A DNA stretch of 32,000 nt from Phycisphaera mikurensis NBRC 102666 (GTDB lineage: Bacteria; Planctomycetota; Phycisphaerae; Phycisphaerales; Phycisphaeraceae), in NCBI RefSeq assembly GCF_000284115.1, contig NC_017080.1, positions 1,110,001 through 1,142,000 on the forward strand, in the 5' to 3' direction. Position 1 is the first letter of the stretch. Every line of letters begins with the position of its first letter. Under the pieces are notes generated by a model that was not told the DNA's origin, made no database searches, and was given only the letters and a program-made list of their open reading frames with translations. The position numbers were made by a program, and so were the translations under genes. Shown one piece after another: positions 1 through 8,563 of this stretch.

Positions 1-803
1 TCCATCGCGGCGCGGCGGGCGGCGTCGGGCTCGCGCGGAGCGCAGAAGCTGATCCACCAGACCAGGGCGTCGAGGTCTTCGACGTAGCCGGGGGCCTCGT
101 TGAAGCTGCCGTCGGCCCCGAGCTTCTCGGGGAAGGCGAGCATCTTCTCCGCGGCGTACGCCCGCACCTCCTCGCCGCGGGGGTGCTCGTCGCCCAGGGC
201 CGCGGCGACCATGCCGGCCCCGCCGACGATGCGGAGCGTCCAGTTGGTGCCTGCGTCGAGGAACCAGCTGTCCTTCTCGACGCTGGCGAGGAAGGGCTGC
301 ATGACCTTGCGGTCGAGCCCCTCGCGGAAGGCCGCGCGTCGCTCGGGGGAGAGGTCCGCTTCGAGGCGGACCCACGCGACGGCCAGCGCTGCCCCCAGGT
401 CGCCGGTGCGGAGCCCGGCGGGGTCGCCTTGGTGGGCGAGGTCGCGCCAGTCGGGCCAGAGGCCCTCGTCGAAGAGGGCTTCGATCTGCCTCCAGGCCTC
501 TTCGAGGTGAGTGGGGTCTCCCTCGGCGGCGAACAGCTCGCTGAAGACGAGGATCCGGTCGGCGACGCGGTCCACCAGCCTGCCCTCGCGGTTGCCGATC
601 TCCGACTGCCTCGGCGTCCGCCAGGGCGCCACGGTCTGCGGCGTGTAGACCGGCTCGCCGGCGAGGCCCGCGGCCTCGGCCCGCATCGCCTCCAGCAGCG
701 CGCCGCGGACCGCGGCCGGATCCGGCACCCCGGCGGCTTGATCCGCGGCGTGGACCAGCGAGAGCAGCGAAAGCGTCAGGGCGGCGAGCGGGCGGAGCGT
801 CAT
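1..803 (-). CDS. Secreted heparinase II/III-like / alginate-lyase-superfamily (alpha/alpha toroid) protein; 3' end lies outside the window
   Basis: Absent from the ORF track because it runs off the left edge. Reverse-strand translation from the ATG (cat at 801-803) stays open to position 1 and has GC-rich third codon positions. It starts with a signal peptide, MTLRPLAALTLSLLSLVHAADQ. It then shows a helical-repeat pattern: AVAWVRLEADLSPERRAAF, GTNWTLRIVGGAGMVAAALGD and DGSFNEAPGYVE. These resemble heparinase II/III and alginate-lyase toroid families; this is from memory, not a search. Confidence 0.5.
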   Translation of the reverse strand, partial: MTLRPLAALTLSLLSLVHAADQAAGVPDPAAVRGALLEAMRAEAAGLAGEPVYTPQTVAPWRTPRQSEIGNREGRLVDRVADRILVFSELFAAEGDPTHLEEAWRQIEALFDEGLWPDWRDLAHQGDPAGLRTGDLGAALAVAWVRLEADLSPERRAAFREGLDRKVMQPFLASVEKDSWFLDAGTNWTLRIVGGAGMVAAALGDEHPRGEEVRAYAAEKMLAFPEKLGADGSFNEAPGYVEDLDALVWWISFCAPREPDAARRAAM

Positions 804-920
804 GGCGGAGCGGATCCTGAGAAAGCGGGAATCTATGGGTGGTTCATCGCAACGTATCGCCGCAAGCCGCGGCGACTCGCCGCTCCCGGCGACGCCATCG
901 GACGCGCGGGAGGGCAGCCC

Positions 921-966
921 CCGCGGACCGTCCGCGGCCGGGGCGGAAGCCGCCCACGGTCCGCGG
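921..966 (-). repeat. REP-like intergenic palindrome, copy A (CCGCGGACCGT-N24-ACGGTCCGCGG)
   Basis: Perfect 11-bp inverted arms at 921-931 and 956-966 with a 24-nt G-rich loop. It lies 60 nt 3' of the stop of the minus-strand GH10 gene (1026). The same arms recur at 2879-2923 and 4784-4831. Confidence 0.7.
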
Positions 967-1025
967 TGCCGGCACGCGGCCGAGGACCCGCTGGCGATCG
1001 GGATCGACGCGGGCGTCCCTCGGGT

Positions 1026-2861
1026 TCAGGGGGTCGGATCCGCACGGAGGCGGAGCTTCGTCCCGCCCGCGGGCAGGTCGACCTCGCGGGTGATCCGCGT
1101 GCCGCCGGGCAGCGTCGCCTCGACGCGGTGGCGGCCGAGGAAGCCGCGGACCGTCGCGCGGCCGTCGGCGTCGGCGGCGACCCGCTCGTCGGTGTGCCAG
1201 GCTCCGTGGATGAGCGAGAGCGCGGCGCGGCCGGTGGGCGAGGGGGACCAGTCCTCCTCGAAGACGGCGGCGTCGGGCATCCAGGGCTTGCTGCCGGCGT
1301 GGAAGTTCCAGAAGATGAAGGCCTGCATCTGGGGCTTGCTGAAGGCGGCGGTCATGAAGTCGCGGACGTAGGCCTCGGTCAGCTGCGGGTCGTCGGTGAC
1401 GACGTCGAACTCGGTGACCTGGTAGCCGACGCCGAGGCCGTCGTAGGAGGAGAGGATCTCCAGCACCTTCTCCGGCGGGGTGAGCCCGCTGCCCATGTGC
1501 GACTGGAAGCCGATCGCGTCGATCGGGGCGCCGGCGGCCATCGCGTCCTGCACGAGGTCGTGGACGAATCGCTGCTTCACGGCGTTGGTGCCGTTCTGGC
1601 CCAGCAGCGCGAAGTCGTTGTAGATCAGCGTCGCGTCGGGCGCGCCGGCGCGGGCCCGCTTGAACCAGGCGGCGACCTCCTCGTCGCCGAGCAGCTTCAG
1701 GAACTCGTTCTGGTTAAACGCCTCGTTGACCACGTCCCACGTGTCCACGAGGCCGGCGGTGCGGGAGAGGATGTCGTCGATGTGGTTGTCCACGCGGCTG
1801 CGGAGCAGCTCGGGGTCGTCCTGCGCGGCGGCCCAGAGCTCCTCGGCGTCGGCCACGCGGAACTTCTCCAGCCCCGGCCACACCAGCACGTGGCCGTGGA
1901 CCCGCATCCCCATCTTGTTCAGGCCGCGCAGCGTGGTCATCGCCACCTCGGGCTCGCTCTCCCAGCGGCTCCACTTGAGCGCATTCTCGATGGATGCGGT
2001 GTTGAAGTGCTTCTCCAGCTCCTCGATGTAGCGAGCCGCCTGCGGCGTGCCGGCGTTGTCGTCGAGCCATTTGGCGCTGATCGCCACCCCGAAGTCGAAG
2101 GCGTGCTCCACCAGCTCGACGCGAACCTCGGCGTCGGGCACCGGCTCGCCGTCGGCGTCGAGCACGGTCACCTCCAGGTCGGCCTTGCGGTGCCGCTCGA
2201 TCCGCTCCGCGGCGGCCGCCCGCCACGGTGCGTCGGCGCTGGCGCCGGCGTAGCTCTTCCGCTTCACGGGGAACTCGGCGGGGTCGGCGTCGGGGCCGAG
2301 GTTGACGACCTCGACGCCGGCGATCTCCAGCGTCTGCGGCGGGTAGCCGCCGGAGAACACGAAAGCGACGCGGCCCTCGGGGATCGCCGCGTCGGCGCGG
2401 TCGGCGACGTAGAAGACCTCCCAGTCGGGGCCGACCGTCCACTCGCGGTAGTTGGACCGCTGGTGCGGCGGGCCGGTGTTCTGCACCCGCGAGAGCGTGA
2501 AGCCCTCGCCGGCCTCGTAGCGCTGGGCGTCGGTGATGCGGGCGGCGAAGCGGGAGAAGAGCACGTCGCCGGCGTCGATGGACCCGTCCAGCGGCAGCCG
2601 CACCTCCACGCCGTAGTGGGCGCCCGGCTGCTTGGTGGTCTCCAGGCGGAAGCCCGGGCGGCGGCCGCCGGTGTCGGCGGCGGAAAGCGGCTTGAGGTTC
2701 CCCTCGCCGCCGCCGTTGGCGCTGAAGCGGAGGGCGGAGAAGTCCGGCGCGAGGGTGGTGCCCTTCGGCGTCGGCGGGGCGTCGTCGGCGGCGAGGGCGG
2801 GCGCGGGAGCGGGAGCCACCAGGAGCAGGCAGGCGGCGAAGGCGAGGAGGGCTTGTTTCAT
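1026..2861 (-). CDS. Secreted glycoside hydrolase family 10 (endo-beta-xylanase-like) with N-terminal CBM-like module
   Basis: ORF 1026..3209 trimmed to the internal ATG at 2861 (cat 2859-2861). From there the protein begins with a signal peptide, MKQALLAFAACLLLVAPAPAPALAADD. The 116 upstream codons are Arg/Pro-rich and overlap the neighbouring gene. GH10 hallmarks are TWDVVNEAFNQ (acid/base Glu region) and YQVTEFDVV (nucleophile Glu region). About 330 N-terminal beta-rich residues precede the catalytic barrel. Confidence 0.85.
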   Translation of the reverse strand: MKQALLAFAACLLLVAPAPAPALAADDAPPTPKGTTLAPDFSALRFSANGGGEGNLKPLSAADTGGRRPGFRLETTKQPGAHYGVEVRLPLDGSIDAGDVLFSRFAARITDAQRYEAGEGFTLSRVQNTGPPHQRSNYREWTVGPDWEVFYVADRADAAIPEGRVAFVFSGGYPPQTLEIAGVEVVNLGPDADPAEFPVKRKSYAGASADAPWRAAAAERIERHRKADLEVTVLDADGEPVPDAEVRVELVEHAFDFGVAISAKWLDDNAGTPQAARYIEELEKHFNTASIENALKWSRWESEPEVAMTTLRGLNKMGMRVHGHVLVWPGLEKFRVADAEELWAAAQDDPELLRSRVDNHIDDILSRTAGLVDTWDVVNEAFNQNEFLKLLGDEEVAAWFKRARAGAPDATLIYNDFALLGQNGTNAVKQRFVHDLVQDAMAAGAPIDAIGFQSHMGSGLTPPEKVLEILSSYDGLGVGYQVTEFDVVTDDPQLTEAYVRDFMTAAFSKPQMQAFIFWNFHAGSKPWMPDAAVFEEDWSPSPTGRAALSLIHGAWHTDERVAADADGRATVRGFLGRHRVEATLPGGTRITREVDLPAGGTKLRLRADPTP

Positions 2862-2878
2862 GGGGATTCGGGGGGAGG

Positions 2879-2923
2879 CCGCGGACCGTGCGGCCCGGGG
2901 GGGGAAACGTCGACGGTCCGCGG
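2879..2923 (-). repeat. REP-like intergenic palindrome, copy B (CCGCGGACCGT-N23-ACGGTCCGCGG)
   Basis: Perfect 11-bp inverted arms at 2879-2889 and 2913-2923. It lies 10 nt 3' of the stop of the upstream GH10 gene (2933) and 18 nt 5' of the next start (2861). Confidence 0.7.
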
Positions 2924-2932
2924 GTGGAGGGC

Positions 2933-4765
2933 TCAGCGGGCGGGCGTGAGCGAGATCGCGGCCTCGGTGGTGCCGGGCCGCAGCGTGAAGGCGACCGAGC
3001 CGCGGCCGGCGGGCGCTTCCACGCCGAGCTCGTAGTCGCCGTGAAACGCGGTGAGCGTGGCGACGCCCGAGGCGTCGGTGGTGACGGTCGCGTGGGTGCT
3101 CCAAGCGTCCATCAGGTCGAGGATGGCTCGGCCGGCGGGCTTGAGTGTCCAGTCGCGGCGGTACATCGCGGCGTTGCCGCGCCAGTGCGCGCCGTCCCAG
3201 AAGCCCCACAGAATGAAACCATCGACGGCCGGGTGGCTGAAGGCGACGGTCAGCAGGTCGCGGGTGTAGTCCGCCTGAAGCTCCTCATCCTGGGTCATCA
3301 GGTCGAACTCGGTGATCGTGATCGGCAGGCCGAAGCCGGCGAAGCGGTCGAGGATCCGCTCGATCCTGTCCGGAGGCGTCAGCCCGGCGCTGCCGAAGTG
3401 GCCCTGCACGCCGATCGCGTCCAGCGGAGCGCCGCGGTCCAGCAGGTACGAGATCGTCTTGAAGTAGTGGTCCTGGTGACCGTCGGTCTCTTGGTCGCCG
3501 ACGGTGAGGATGCCGAAGTCGTTGAGGAAGAGCTTTTTCCGGGGCGCTTGGCGACGCGCGATCTCGAACCACCGGACCATCGCCTCGTCGCCGAGGAGGT
3601 CCATGAAGTCGTGGTGGTTCCAGGGCTCGTTCACCACGTCCCACGCGTCCACCAGCCCGCTGGTCTCGCGGAGCACGTCGACCAAGTGCGCCTCGATCTT
3701 CTCACGCAGCGGTTGGGTGTCGCCCGCCTCGGCGGCGGCCCGCTCGGCGGTGAGGTCGACGCGGCTCTTGGCCCAGCTCGGCCAGACCAGCGCGTGGCCG
3801 CGCACCGCGAGCCCGGCGTCCCGCAACACCCGCAGCGCCCGCATCGTCGCGGTTCGGTGGCGGGGATCCTCCCACCGCCCCCACTTCAGGCCGTTCTCCG
3901 GCGTGGCGGTGTTGAAGTGCGCGAAGAGCTTCTCGCGGTAGGCGGCGGCGTCCGCGTCGTTGCCGAGCAGCGTCTCGACGCGGACGGCGGTGCCGAAGGC
4001 GAAGCCGTGGCGGAGGTGGTCGACGCGGACCTCGGCTCCCGCGACGGGGCGGCCGTCGGCGTCCACGACGGCAACCGTCATCGGCGAGGTCCGCAGCTCC
4101 CGGATCCGTCGCTCGGCGGCGGCCCGCCAAGGGGCGTCGGGCTCGCGGCCGGGGTAGGTGATGCGGGTGACCGGCAGATCGCGGACGCGGGTGCCCGCCG
4201 GGAACCGGAGCAGCCCGACGCCGGCGACCTCGAGTTCCTGCACCGCGCCGCCGACGCCCAGCGTCAGCTGGTCGCCGTCCGGGGGGTAGTCCTGCAGCGA
4301 GCGGAAGGGCAGGGCGATCCGGGTCCACTCCGGCCCGATCGAGACCGTCTCCATCAGCGAGGGGTTGAACGGCCGCTCGTTCTGCTGCACGAAGGCGGTG
4401 ATCGTGCCCAGCCCGTCCTCCTGCTCGGAGGACAGGGTGCGGGCGTGGAAGCGGAGCAGCAGCACGTCGCCGCGTCGGATCTGCGGGAAGTCGCCGGTGG
4501 TCCACTCCACGTGCCAGAAGTCGCCGCGGGCGCGGCTGGTGAGCCGGACGGCGGGGCCGCCGCCGGGGCCGGTCGCGGGCGCGGCGGTGCCCCGGTCGGG
4601 GTCGCCATCGGGGTTCCGGAGCGTGAACGCGGCGAGGAAGCCGTCGCCGTCGCCGAGCGTCTCGCCTCCGACGACCGCCGGCTCATCGGGCGCCGCGACC
4701 GCCGCCGCGCCCGGCGGGAGCACGCAGAGGATCACGACGGCGGCGAGGCGGAGGAGCGGAAGCAT
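2933..4765 (-). CDS. Secreted glycoside hydrolase family 10 (endo-beta-xylanase-like) with N-terminal CBM-like module; tandem paralog of 1026-2861
   Basis: 610-aa ORF with signal peptide MLPLLRLAAVVILCVLPPGAAAVAAPD. GH10 motifs are AWDVVNEPWNHH and ITITEFDLMTQD. The shared segment PWRAAAAERI.E.R and the overall domain order match the neighbouring gene. Confidence 0.85.
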   Translation of the reverse strand: MLPLLRLAAVVILCVLPPGAAAVAAPDEPAVVGGETLGDGDGFLAAFTLRNPDGDPDRGTAAPATGPGGGPAVRLTSRARGDFWHVEWTTGDFPQIRRGDVLLLRFHARTLSSEQEDGLGTITAFVQQNERPFNPSLMETVSIGPEWTRIALPFRSLQDYPPDGDQLTLGVGGAVQELEVAGVGLLRFPAGTRVRDLPVTRITYPGREPDAPWRAAAERRIRELRTSPMTVAVVDADGRPVAGAEVRVDHLRHGFAFGTAVRVETLLGNDADAAAYREKLFAHFNTATPENGLKWGRWEDPRHRTATMRALRVLRDAGLAVRGHALVWPSWAKSRVDLTAERAAAEAGDTQPLREKIEAHLVDVLRETSGLVDAWDVVNEPWNHHDFMDLLGDEAMVRWFEIARRQAPRKKLFLNDFGILTVGDQETDGHQDHYFKTISYLLDRGAPLDAIGVQGHFGSAGLTPPDRIERILDRFAGFGLPITITEFDLMTQDEELQADYTRDLLTVAFSHPAVDGFILWGFWDGAHWRGNAAMYRRDWTLKPAGRAILDLMDAWSTHATVTTDASGVATLTAFHGDYELGVEAPAGRGSVAFTLRPGTTEAAISLTPAR

Positions 4766-4783
4766 GCTCGAGATGGCGGGGGC

Positions 4784-4831
4784 GCCGCGGACCGTGGCCG
4801 CCGCGGGGCGGCGGGGCGGACGGTCCGCGGC
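4784..4831 (-). repeat. REP-like intergenic palindrome, copy C (GCCGCGGACCGT-N24-ACGGTCCGCGGC)
   Basis: Perfect 12-bp inverted arms at 4784-4795 and 4820-4831. It lies 27 nt 3' of the pseudopilin stop (4858) and 19 nt 5' of the GH10 start (4765). Confidence 0.7.
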
Positions 4832-4857
4832 GATGAGCGAGAGGGTTCACAGGCCCG

Positions 4858-5703
4858 TCAGAACCTCGGCGAGTTCAGACGCCACAGGGTCGGGAGGAAT
4901 TGCTCCAGGACGCCGTCGGAGCCCGCGTTGGGCGCACCGATCTTCTTGGTCCCCTCGGGCACGTCGTCTGCTCCGAGGGAGGCGGCGTGTCCGTCGCCGT
5001 AGAGCAGATTCATGGAATCCTCGCCGCCGTGGCGGAGGCTCAGGCGGTTCCAGTTGTCGCTGTGCAGCTGCACGCCGTCGTAGAAGAGGGCGGTGTTCGT
5101 CGGGTCGTTCATCACCTCGACCGTGTGGGTCCGCGTCTGCGTCCCGGAGACGTCCGACAGCGGGAAGAAGTCGAAATAGGCCGCGCCGCCTCCGCCCATG
5201 AACATCGTGTTCGCGCCGTACCACGTCGGCGTCTGGGCCTGCGCGACGCCGCCGACCGTGCGGAAGGCGAGCCAGAAGTGCTTCCCGGCTTCAGCCGTCC
5301 GCGACGCCGGGGTCGAGAGGCTCCGCTCGTCGAGGCCTTCGGGGCACCGGTACATCGAATCCTGCACCACGCCGCCGGCGCCGCCGCTGGTCAGCACGTC
5401 GACGGCGTCGCCGTACCCGGTTTCCGAGAGGATCGACGCGTAGTGATCCTCGCTGACCGAGCCGGCGGTCTGCCGCGCCGGCACGAAGCTCTCCTTGAAG
5501 TCCGCTGCGTAGGACATCGTGCCGACCCCGATTTGTTTCAGGTTCGCGAGGCACTTCACGTTCCGCGCCGCCGAGCGGGCGGCGCCCAAAGCCGGCAGCA
5601 GGATGCCGATGAGCAGGGCGATGATGGAGATCACCACCAGCAGCTCGATGAGCGTGAAGCCGGGACGGCGCGGGAGGAGCACGCGGGTGGAGGAAGCGGG
5701 CAT
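4858..5703 (-). CDS. Prepilin-type N-terminal cleavage/methylation domain protein (DUF1559 / H-X9-DG-like orphan pseudopilin)
   Basis: ORF 4858..6762 trimmed to the ATG at 5703 (cat 5701-5703). The N-terminus [43 protein letters not shown] carries the G|FTLIE prepilin motif plus a hydrophobic helix. The C-terminal [18 protein letters not shown] resembles the H-X9-DG motif, with a spacing of 11 here. The upstream part of the track ORF is Arg/Pro junk overlapping the next two genes. Confidence 0.85.
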   Translation of the reverse strand: MPASSTRVLLPRRPGFTLIELLVVISIIALLIGILLPALGAARSAARNVKCLANLKQIGVGTMSYAADFKESFVPARQTAGSVSEDHYASILSETGYGDAVDVLTSGGAGGVVQDSMYRCPEGLDERSLSTPASRTAEAGKHFWLAFRTVGGVAQAQTPTWYGANTMFMGGGGAAYFDFFPLSDVSGTQTRTHTVEVMNDPTNTALFYDGVQLHSDNWNRLSLRHGGEDSMNLLYGDGHAASLGADDVPEGTKKIGAPNAGSDGVLEQFLPTLWRLNSPRF

Positions 5704-5783
5704 GGTGGGGTCCTCGATGGAGGCGGGGAAGGGTGGGCGAGAGGCACGGTGGCTCGTTGGGGAGCCGGCGTCGGGGCCTTGGG

Positions 5784-6485
5784 TTAATCGGTGGTGAGGG
5801 TGGCGGGCTGGCCGCCCTCCTTCGTGCCGAGCTGGACGAAGGCGTCGTCGCTGGCGAGGTAGAAGACGGCGGTGCCGTTGGTGTCGGTGCTGAGGAAGGC
5901 GGCGATCTCGGCGGTCGGACCGAAGACCACCTCGGTCGCGCCGGCCGCCACCTCGCACTCGGCGAGCTCGGTGAGCGGGGCGCCGAACCAGGTGAGGGCG
6001 GCGGTGCCGGTGGCGGTCTCCTGCAGCCCGGGGGCGTTGTCGCCGGTGAGGGCGGCGTCCGAATCGGCGGGCTCGAAGTTGGCGGCGCCCTCCTCGAAGT
6101 CCTGCTCGGAGAGCTCGGGCTTGCCGCTGCCGTCGGGGCCGCCGGCGAAGCCCTCGTCGAGCCCGTAGAGCGTGATCGTGCCCGGGGTGAGATCCTCGCC
6201 GGTGACCGCGAGCGTGAGCGTGGCCACCGCGGCGTCGGTGATGCCCGGCGCCGCGGAGAGGTCGAAGCGGAGCACGCCGTAGAAGTTGTTGCCGCTGTAC
6301 GCGTGGCCCCGCACCTCGAAGCTGCCGGCGCGGCCCTTGTTGAAGGTCTCGCGCTCGTTGCCGAAGCCCATCACCTGGTTGTCGCTGCCGGTGCCGTCGG
6401 CGGTGGAGAGCTCGGCCGCGCCCGCGAGCGGGGCGGCGGCGAGGAGAAGGCAGGCGAGCGGGCTGGAAAAGAGCGAGTTCATCAC
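5784..6485 (-). CDS. Secreted hypothetical protein, DNRLRE/CBM96-like beta-sandwich (tentative)
   Basis: 233-aa ORF with signal peptide [25 protein letters not shown]. The segment [13 protein letters not shown]...ATLTLAV...TITLYGL resembles the ..LRFDLS.. core of DNRLRE-type carbohydrate-associated domains (recognised from memory). Third codon positions are GC-rich. Confidence 0.6.
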   Translation of the reverse strand: MMNSLFSSPLACLLLAAAPLAGAAELSTADGTGSDNQVMGFGNERETFNKGRAGSFEVRGHAYSGNNFYGVLRFDLSAAPGITDAAVATLTLAVTGEDLTPGTITLYGLDEGFAGGPDGSGKPELSEQDFEEGAANFEPADSDAALTGDNAPGLQETATGTAALTWFGAPLTELAECEVAAGATEVVFGPTAEIAAFLSTDTNGTAVFYLASDDAFVQLGTKEGGQPATLTTD

Positions 6486-6507
6486 GGGGGCGAGGAGGCG
6501 GGAGAAG

Positions 6508-6537
6508 CCGCCGCCGGGCGGGTGGACCCGGCGGCGG
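6508..6537 (-). terminator. GC-rich hairpin between the PEP-CTERM gene and the next gene (attenuator or mRNA-stabiliser candidate)
   Basis: Perfect 11-bp inverted repeat CCGCCGCCGGG (6508-6518) / CCCGGCGGCGG (6527-6537) with an 8-nt loop. It lies 17 nt 3' of the stop at 6554. No U-tract follows. Confidence 0.4.
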
Positions 6538-6553
6538 GGGAGCGGGAGGGCCC

Positions 6554-7348
6554 TCAGGGGCGGCGGCGACGCAGCAGCGCCAGCGAGCCGAGGCCGGCGA
6601 GGGCGAGGGTGCCCGGCTCGGGCACGACCCCGACCTCCAGGTTGTCCAGCGCGATCGTGCGGCGGGTGGTGGTGCTGGCGGTCGGGCCGAACTGCAGGGT
6701 GATCTGCCCGAAGTTCGCCGGGTTGGTCCGCAGCGCGGCGGCGCTTGCCTGCTGCACGCCATCGACCAAGAGCGAGTACGTGCCCGCGTCGAAGTCGATC
6801 ACGCCGTCGACGTTGACGAAGCGGCTGCCCGCGTCGTCGAAGTCGAAGTTCTGGCCGTTGCCGTTCAGGACGTTCGTGGCCGTCGTCCCGTCGTTGTATT
6901 GGAAGCGGCCGTTATCGAAGACCTGGAAGTCCAGGATCGGGTTGCCATCGGTGTTGCCGATGCGGATGCGGTGGGCCACGCCGAAGCCGTCGGCGTCGCC
7001 GGCGTTGGCGCTGCGGATGTCGAAGCCGAAGTCGAACAGCTTGCCGGCGGTGGAGGTGTCGGAGGCGCCGAGGAAGGCGGCGTCGGGGGTGAAGCGGTTG
7101 TTGGCGAAGTTGTTCCCGACGCTGCTGGCGGACTGGGCGATGCCGCCGCCTCCGAAGCTGTCGACGGTGTAAAGGGTGCCGTTGCCAGCGAAGCTCGGGC
7201 CGCCGCCGGAGGGCTGGCCGCTGAGCGAGCTGCCCAGCGTGAACCCGTCGGCGGGGTCGAAGGTGATCACGCCCGCCGAGGCCGGGGCGGCGGCGAGCGC
7301 CGCGACGGGGGCGAGGGCGGCGGCGAGACGCAAGGGGGAAGCAGGCAT
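6554..7348 (-). CDS. PEP-CTERM sorting-domain protein, beta-rich lectin-like ectodomain
   Basis: The C-terminus [24 protein letters not shown] is the PEP motif, a TM helix and an Arg cluster. The N-terminus is a signal peptide, [27 protein letters not shown] prefer the ATG at 7348, which is preceded by GGAG (TTGGAGATTCCCATG). The track start at 7360 is a TTG inside that Shine-Dalgarno region. Confidence 0.85.
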   Translation of the reverse strand: MPASPLRLAAALAPVAALAAAPASAGVITFDPADGFTLGSSLSGQPSGGGPSFAGNGTLYTVDSFGGGGIAQSASSVGNNFANNRFTPDAAFLGASDTSTAGKLFDFGFDIRSANAGDADGFGVAHRIRIGNTDGNPILDFQVFDNGRFQYNDGTTATNVLNGNGQNFDFDDAGSRFVNVDGVIDFDAGTYSLLVDGVQQASAAALRTNPANFGQITLQFGPTASTTTRRTIALDNLEVGVVPEPGTLALAGLGSLALLRRRRP

Positions 7349-7424
7349 GGGAATCTCCAAGAAAGAAAGAGAGAACGCCGGACGAAGCCGGTGACGAAGA
7401 AGCCGTGCGCGCCGCTGTCGCGGC

Positions 7425-8492
7425 TCACGCGGGAGGGGCCGCGGACCCGGGCGGGCCCGTGGTGGCGCCGAGCTCCAGCTCCGGGCGGATCTGGATGGCC
7501 GAGGCCGACGGACGCTTGGGCCGCCGCTTGAAGTGCTGGCAGAGCAGCTCCACGGCCGTGCGGCCGATGGCGGCCCAGGGCAGGACGACGGTCGTGAGCG
7601 GGGTGCCCAGAAAGGGCGTGATCTCGTCGGCGATCGAGACGATCGAGAGGTCTTCGGGCACCCGAAGCCCCAGCCGGGCCGCCGCGATCAGCAGCATCGT
7701 CGACTCCGCGTGGCTGTAGCCGACGACGGCGGTGGGGCGGTCGGCGCGGGCGAGCCACCGCTGCGTGTAGGCCAGCCGCTCGTCGGTGGCGAGGTCGCGG
7801 CGGATCTCGCGGTACGGCCGAGACGCCTCCACCGTCACCCGCGGGGTGCCGCCGGCCGCCGCGACGGCCTCTTCGAAGCCGAGGCGCCGGTGCTCGCCGC
7901 TGTGGTGCTCGGGCGCGGACACGAAGAACAGCGCCGGGTCGCGGTGGCCCAGCTCCAGCAGGTGCTCGGCGGCCATCCGCCCGGCGGCGTGGTCGTCGGG
8001 CCGGACGCAGCCCTCCTCCACCGGGGCGTTCAGCCAGACCGCGGGGATCCGGTGCCGGCGGATCAGCGCCAGCAGTTCGGTGGGGAAGAAGTGCGTGTAG
8101 TTGATGAGCAGCCCGTCCGCGGCGACCTCCCGGACGACGCGCGGCAGGAAGCCGTCCTCGACGAGCTTCTCGTCGGGCAGGCGGCTGAGCGAGAGGTGCA
8201 GGTCGTGCAGCGTGAGCGCCTGCTCCACCCCCTCCAGCAGCCCGGTGGGGATGCGGCTGACGCCCTCGTGCAGGCCGAGGATCAGCTCGACGTTGCGGGT
8301 CGAGCCGCTGCGGGTGGCCCGGGCGGCGGCGTTGGGCCGGTACCCGGCGGCGGTCGCCGCGTCGAGGATCCGCTGCCGCGTCTCCGCGTTCACGCCGGGC
8401 TTGTCGTTGAGCGCGAACGAGACCGCCATCTGGCTGACGCCGAGCTCGGTGGCGAGTTGTCGCTGGGTGATGCTCAAGGCTTGACGATCCAA
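7425..8492 (-). CDS. LacI-family transcriptional regulator (LacI-1)
   Basis: N-terminal HTH: SITQRQLATELGVSQMAVSFALNDKPGVNAETRQRILDAATAAGYRPNAAARA. A periplasmic-binding-protein-like effector domain follows. The start is a TTG (8492 or 8477); no in-frame ATG precedes the HTH. Confidence 0.85.
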   Translation of the reverse strand: MDRQALSITQRQLATELGVSQMAVSFALNDKPGVNAETRQRILDAATAAGYRPNAAARATRSGSTRNVELILGLHEGVSRIPTGLLEGVEQALTLHDLHLSLSRLPDEKLVEDGFLPRVVREVAADGLLINYTHFFPTELLALIRRHRIPAVWLNAPVEEGCVRPDDHAAGRMAAEHLLELGHRDPALFFVSAPEHHSGEHRRLGFEEAVAAAGGTPRVTVEASRPYREIRRDLATDERLAYTQRWLARADRPTAVVGYSHAESTMLLIAAARLGLRVPEDLSIVSIADEITPFLGTPLTTVVLPWAAIGRTAVELLCQHFKRRPKRPSASAIQIRPELELGATTGPPGSAAPPA

Positions 8493-8509
8493 GGCGGGCC
8501 GAAGCGGCG

Positions 8510-8563
8510 GTGGCCGGAGCGGCCGGGGTGGCCGGAGCGGCCGGGGTGGCCGAGGCGGCCGGG
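8510..8563. repeat. Tandem 18-bp repeat x3 (GTGGCCGGAGCGGCCGGG) with degenerate flanking units
   Basis: Units lie at 8510-8527 and 8528-8545 (identical) and at 8546-8563 (GA to AG swap). Related partial units lie at 8497-8509 and 8573-8588. Each unit contains the mini-palindrome GGCCG-GAG-CGGCC. The array sits 18 nt upstream of the LacI-1 start. Confidence 0.9.

Noticed and set aside
855-875. LacI-type operator candidates (TCGCAACGTATCGC at about 857-870, CAATACGTAAAAGC at about 8602-8615, TGTTATCGTGAGAGC at about 28614-28628)
   Set aside because: None is a convincing dyad of the TGNNANCGNTNNCA type, and the shared ACGT/CGT cores are too short to separate from chance. They are mentioned only as places to test binding.
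183-3035. 950-aa + strand ORF (and the similar 2888..5002 + ORF) spanning the GH10 region
   Set aside because: It is antisense to genes with clear GH10 motifs and signal peptides. The product is a Gly/Arg/Ala/Val/Glu low-information string with no recognisable motif. Long stop-free antisense frames are expected at this GC content.
5704-6762. N-terminal extensions of track ORFs (4858..6762, 1026..3209, 19662..22709, 24213..25796, 27495..28640, 8880..9770, 12368..14521)
   Set aside because: In each case the extension is Arg/Pro-rich, overlaps a neighbouring real gene, and precedes an internal start that yields a proper signal peptide, HTH or catalytic N-terminus. The genes were trimmed accordingly.
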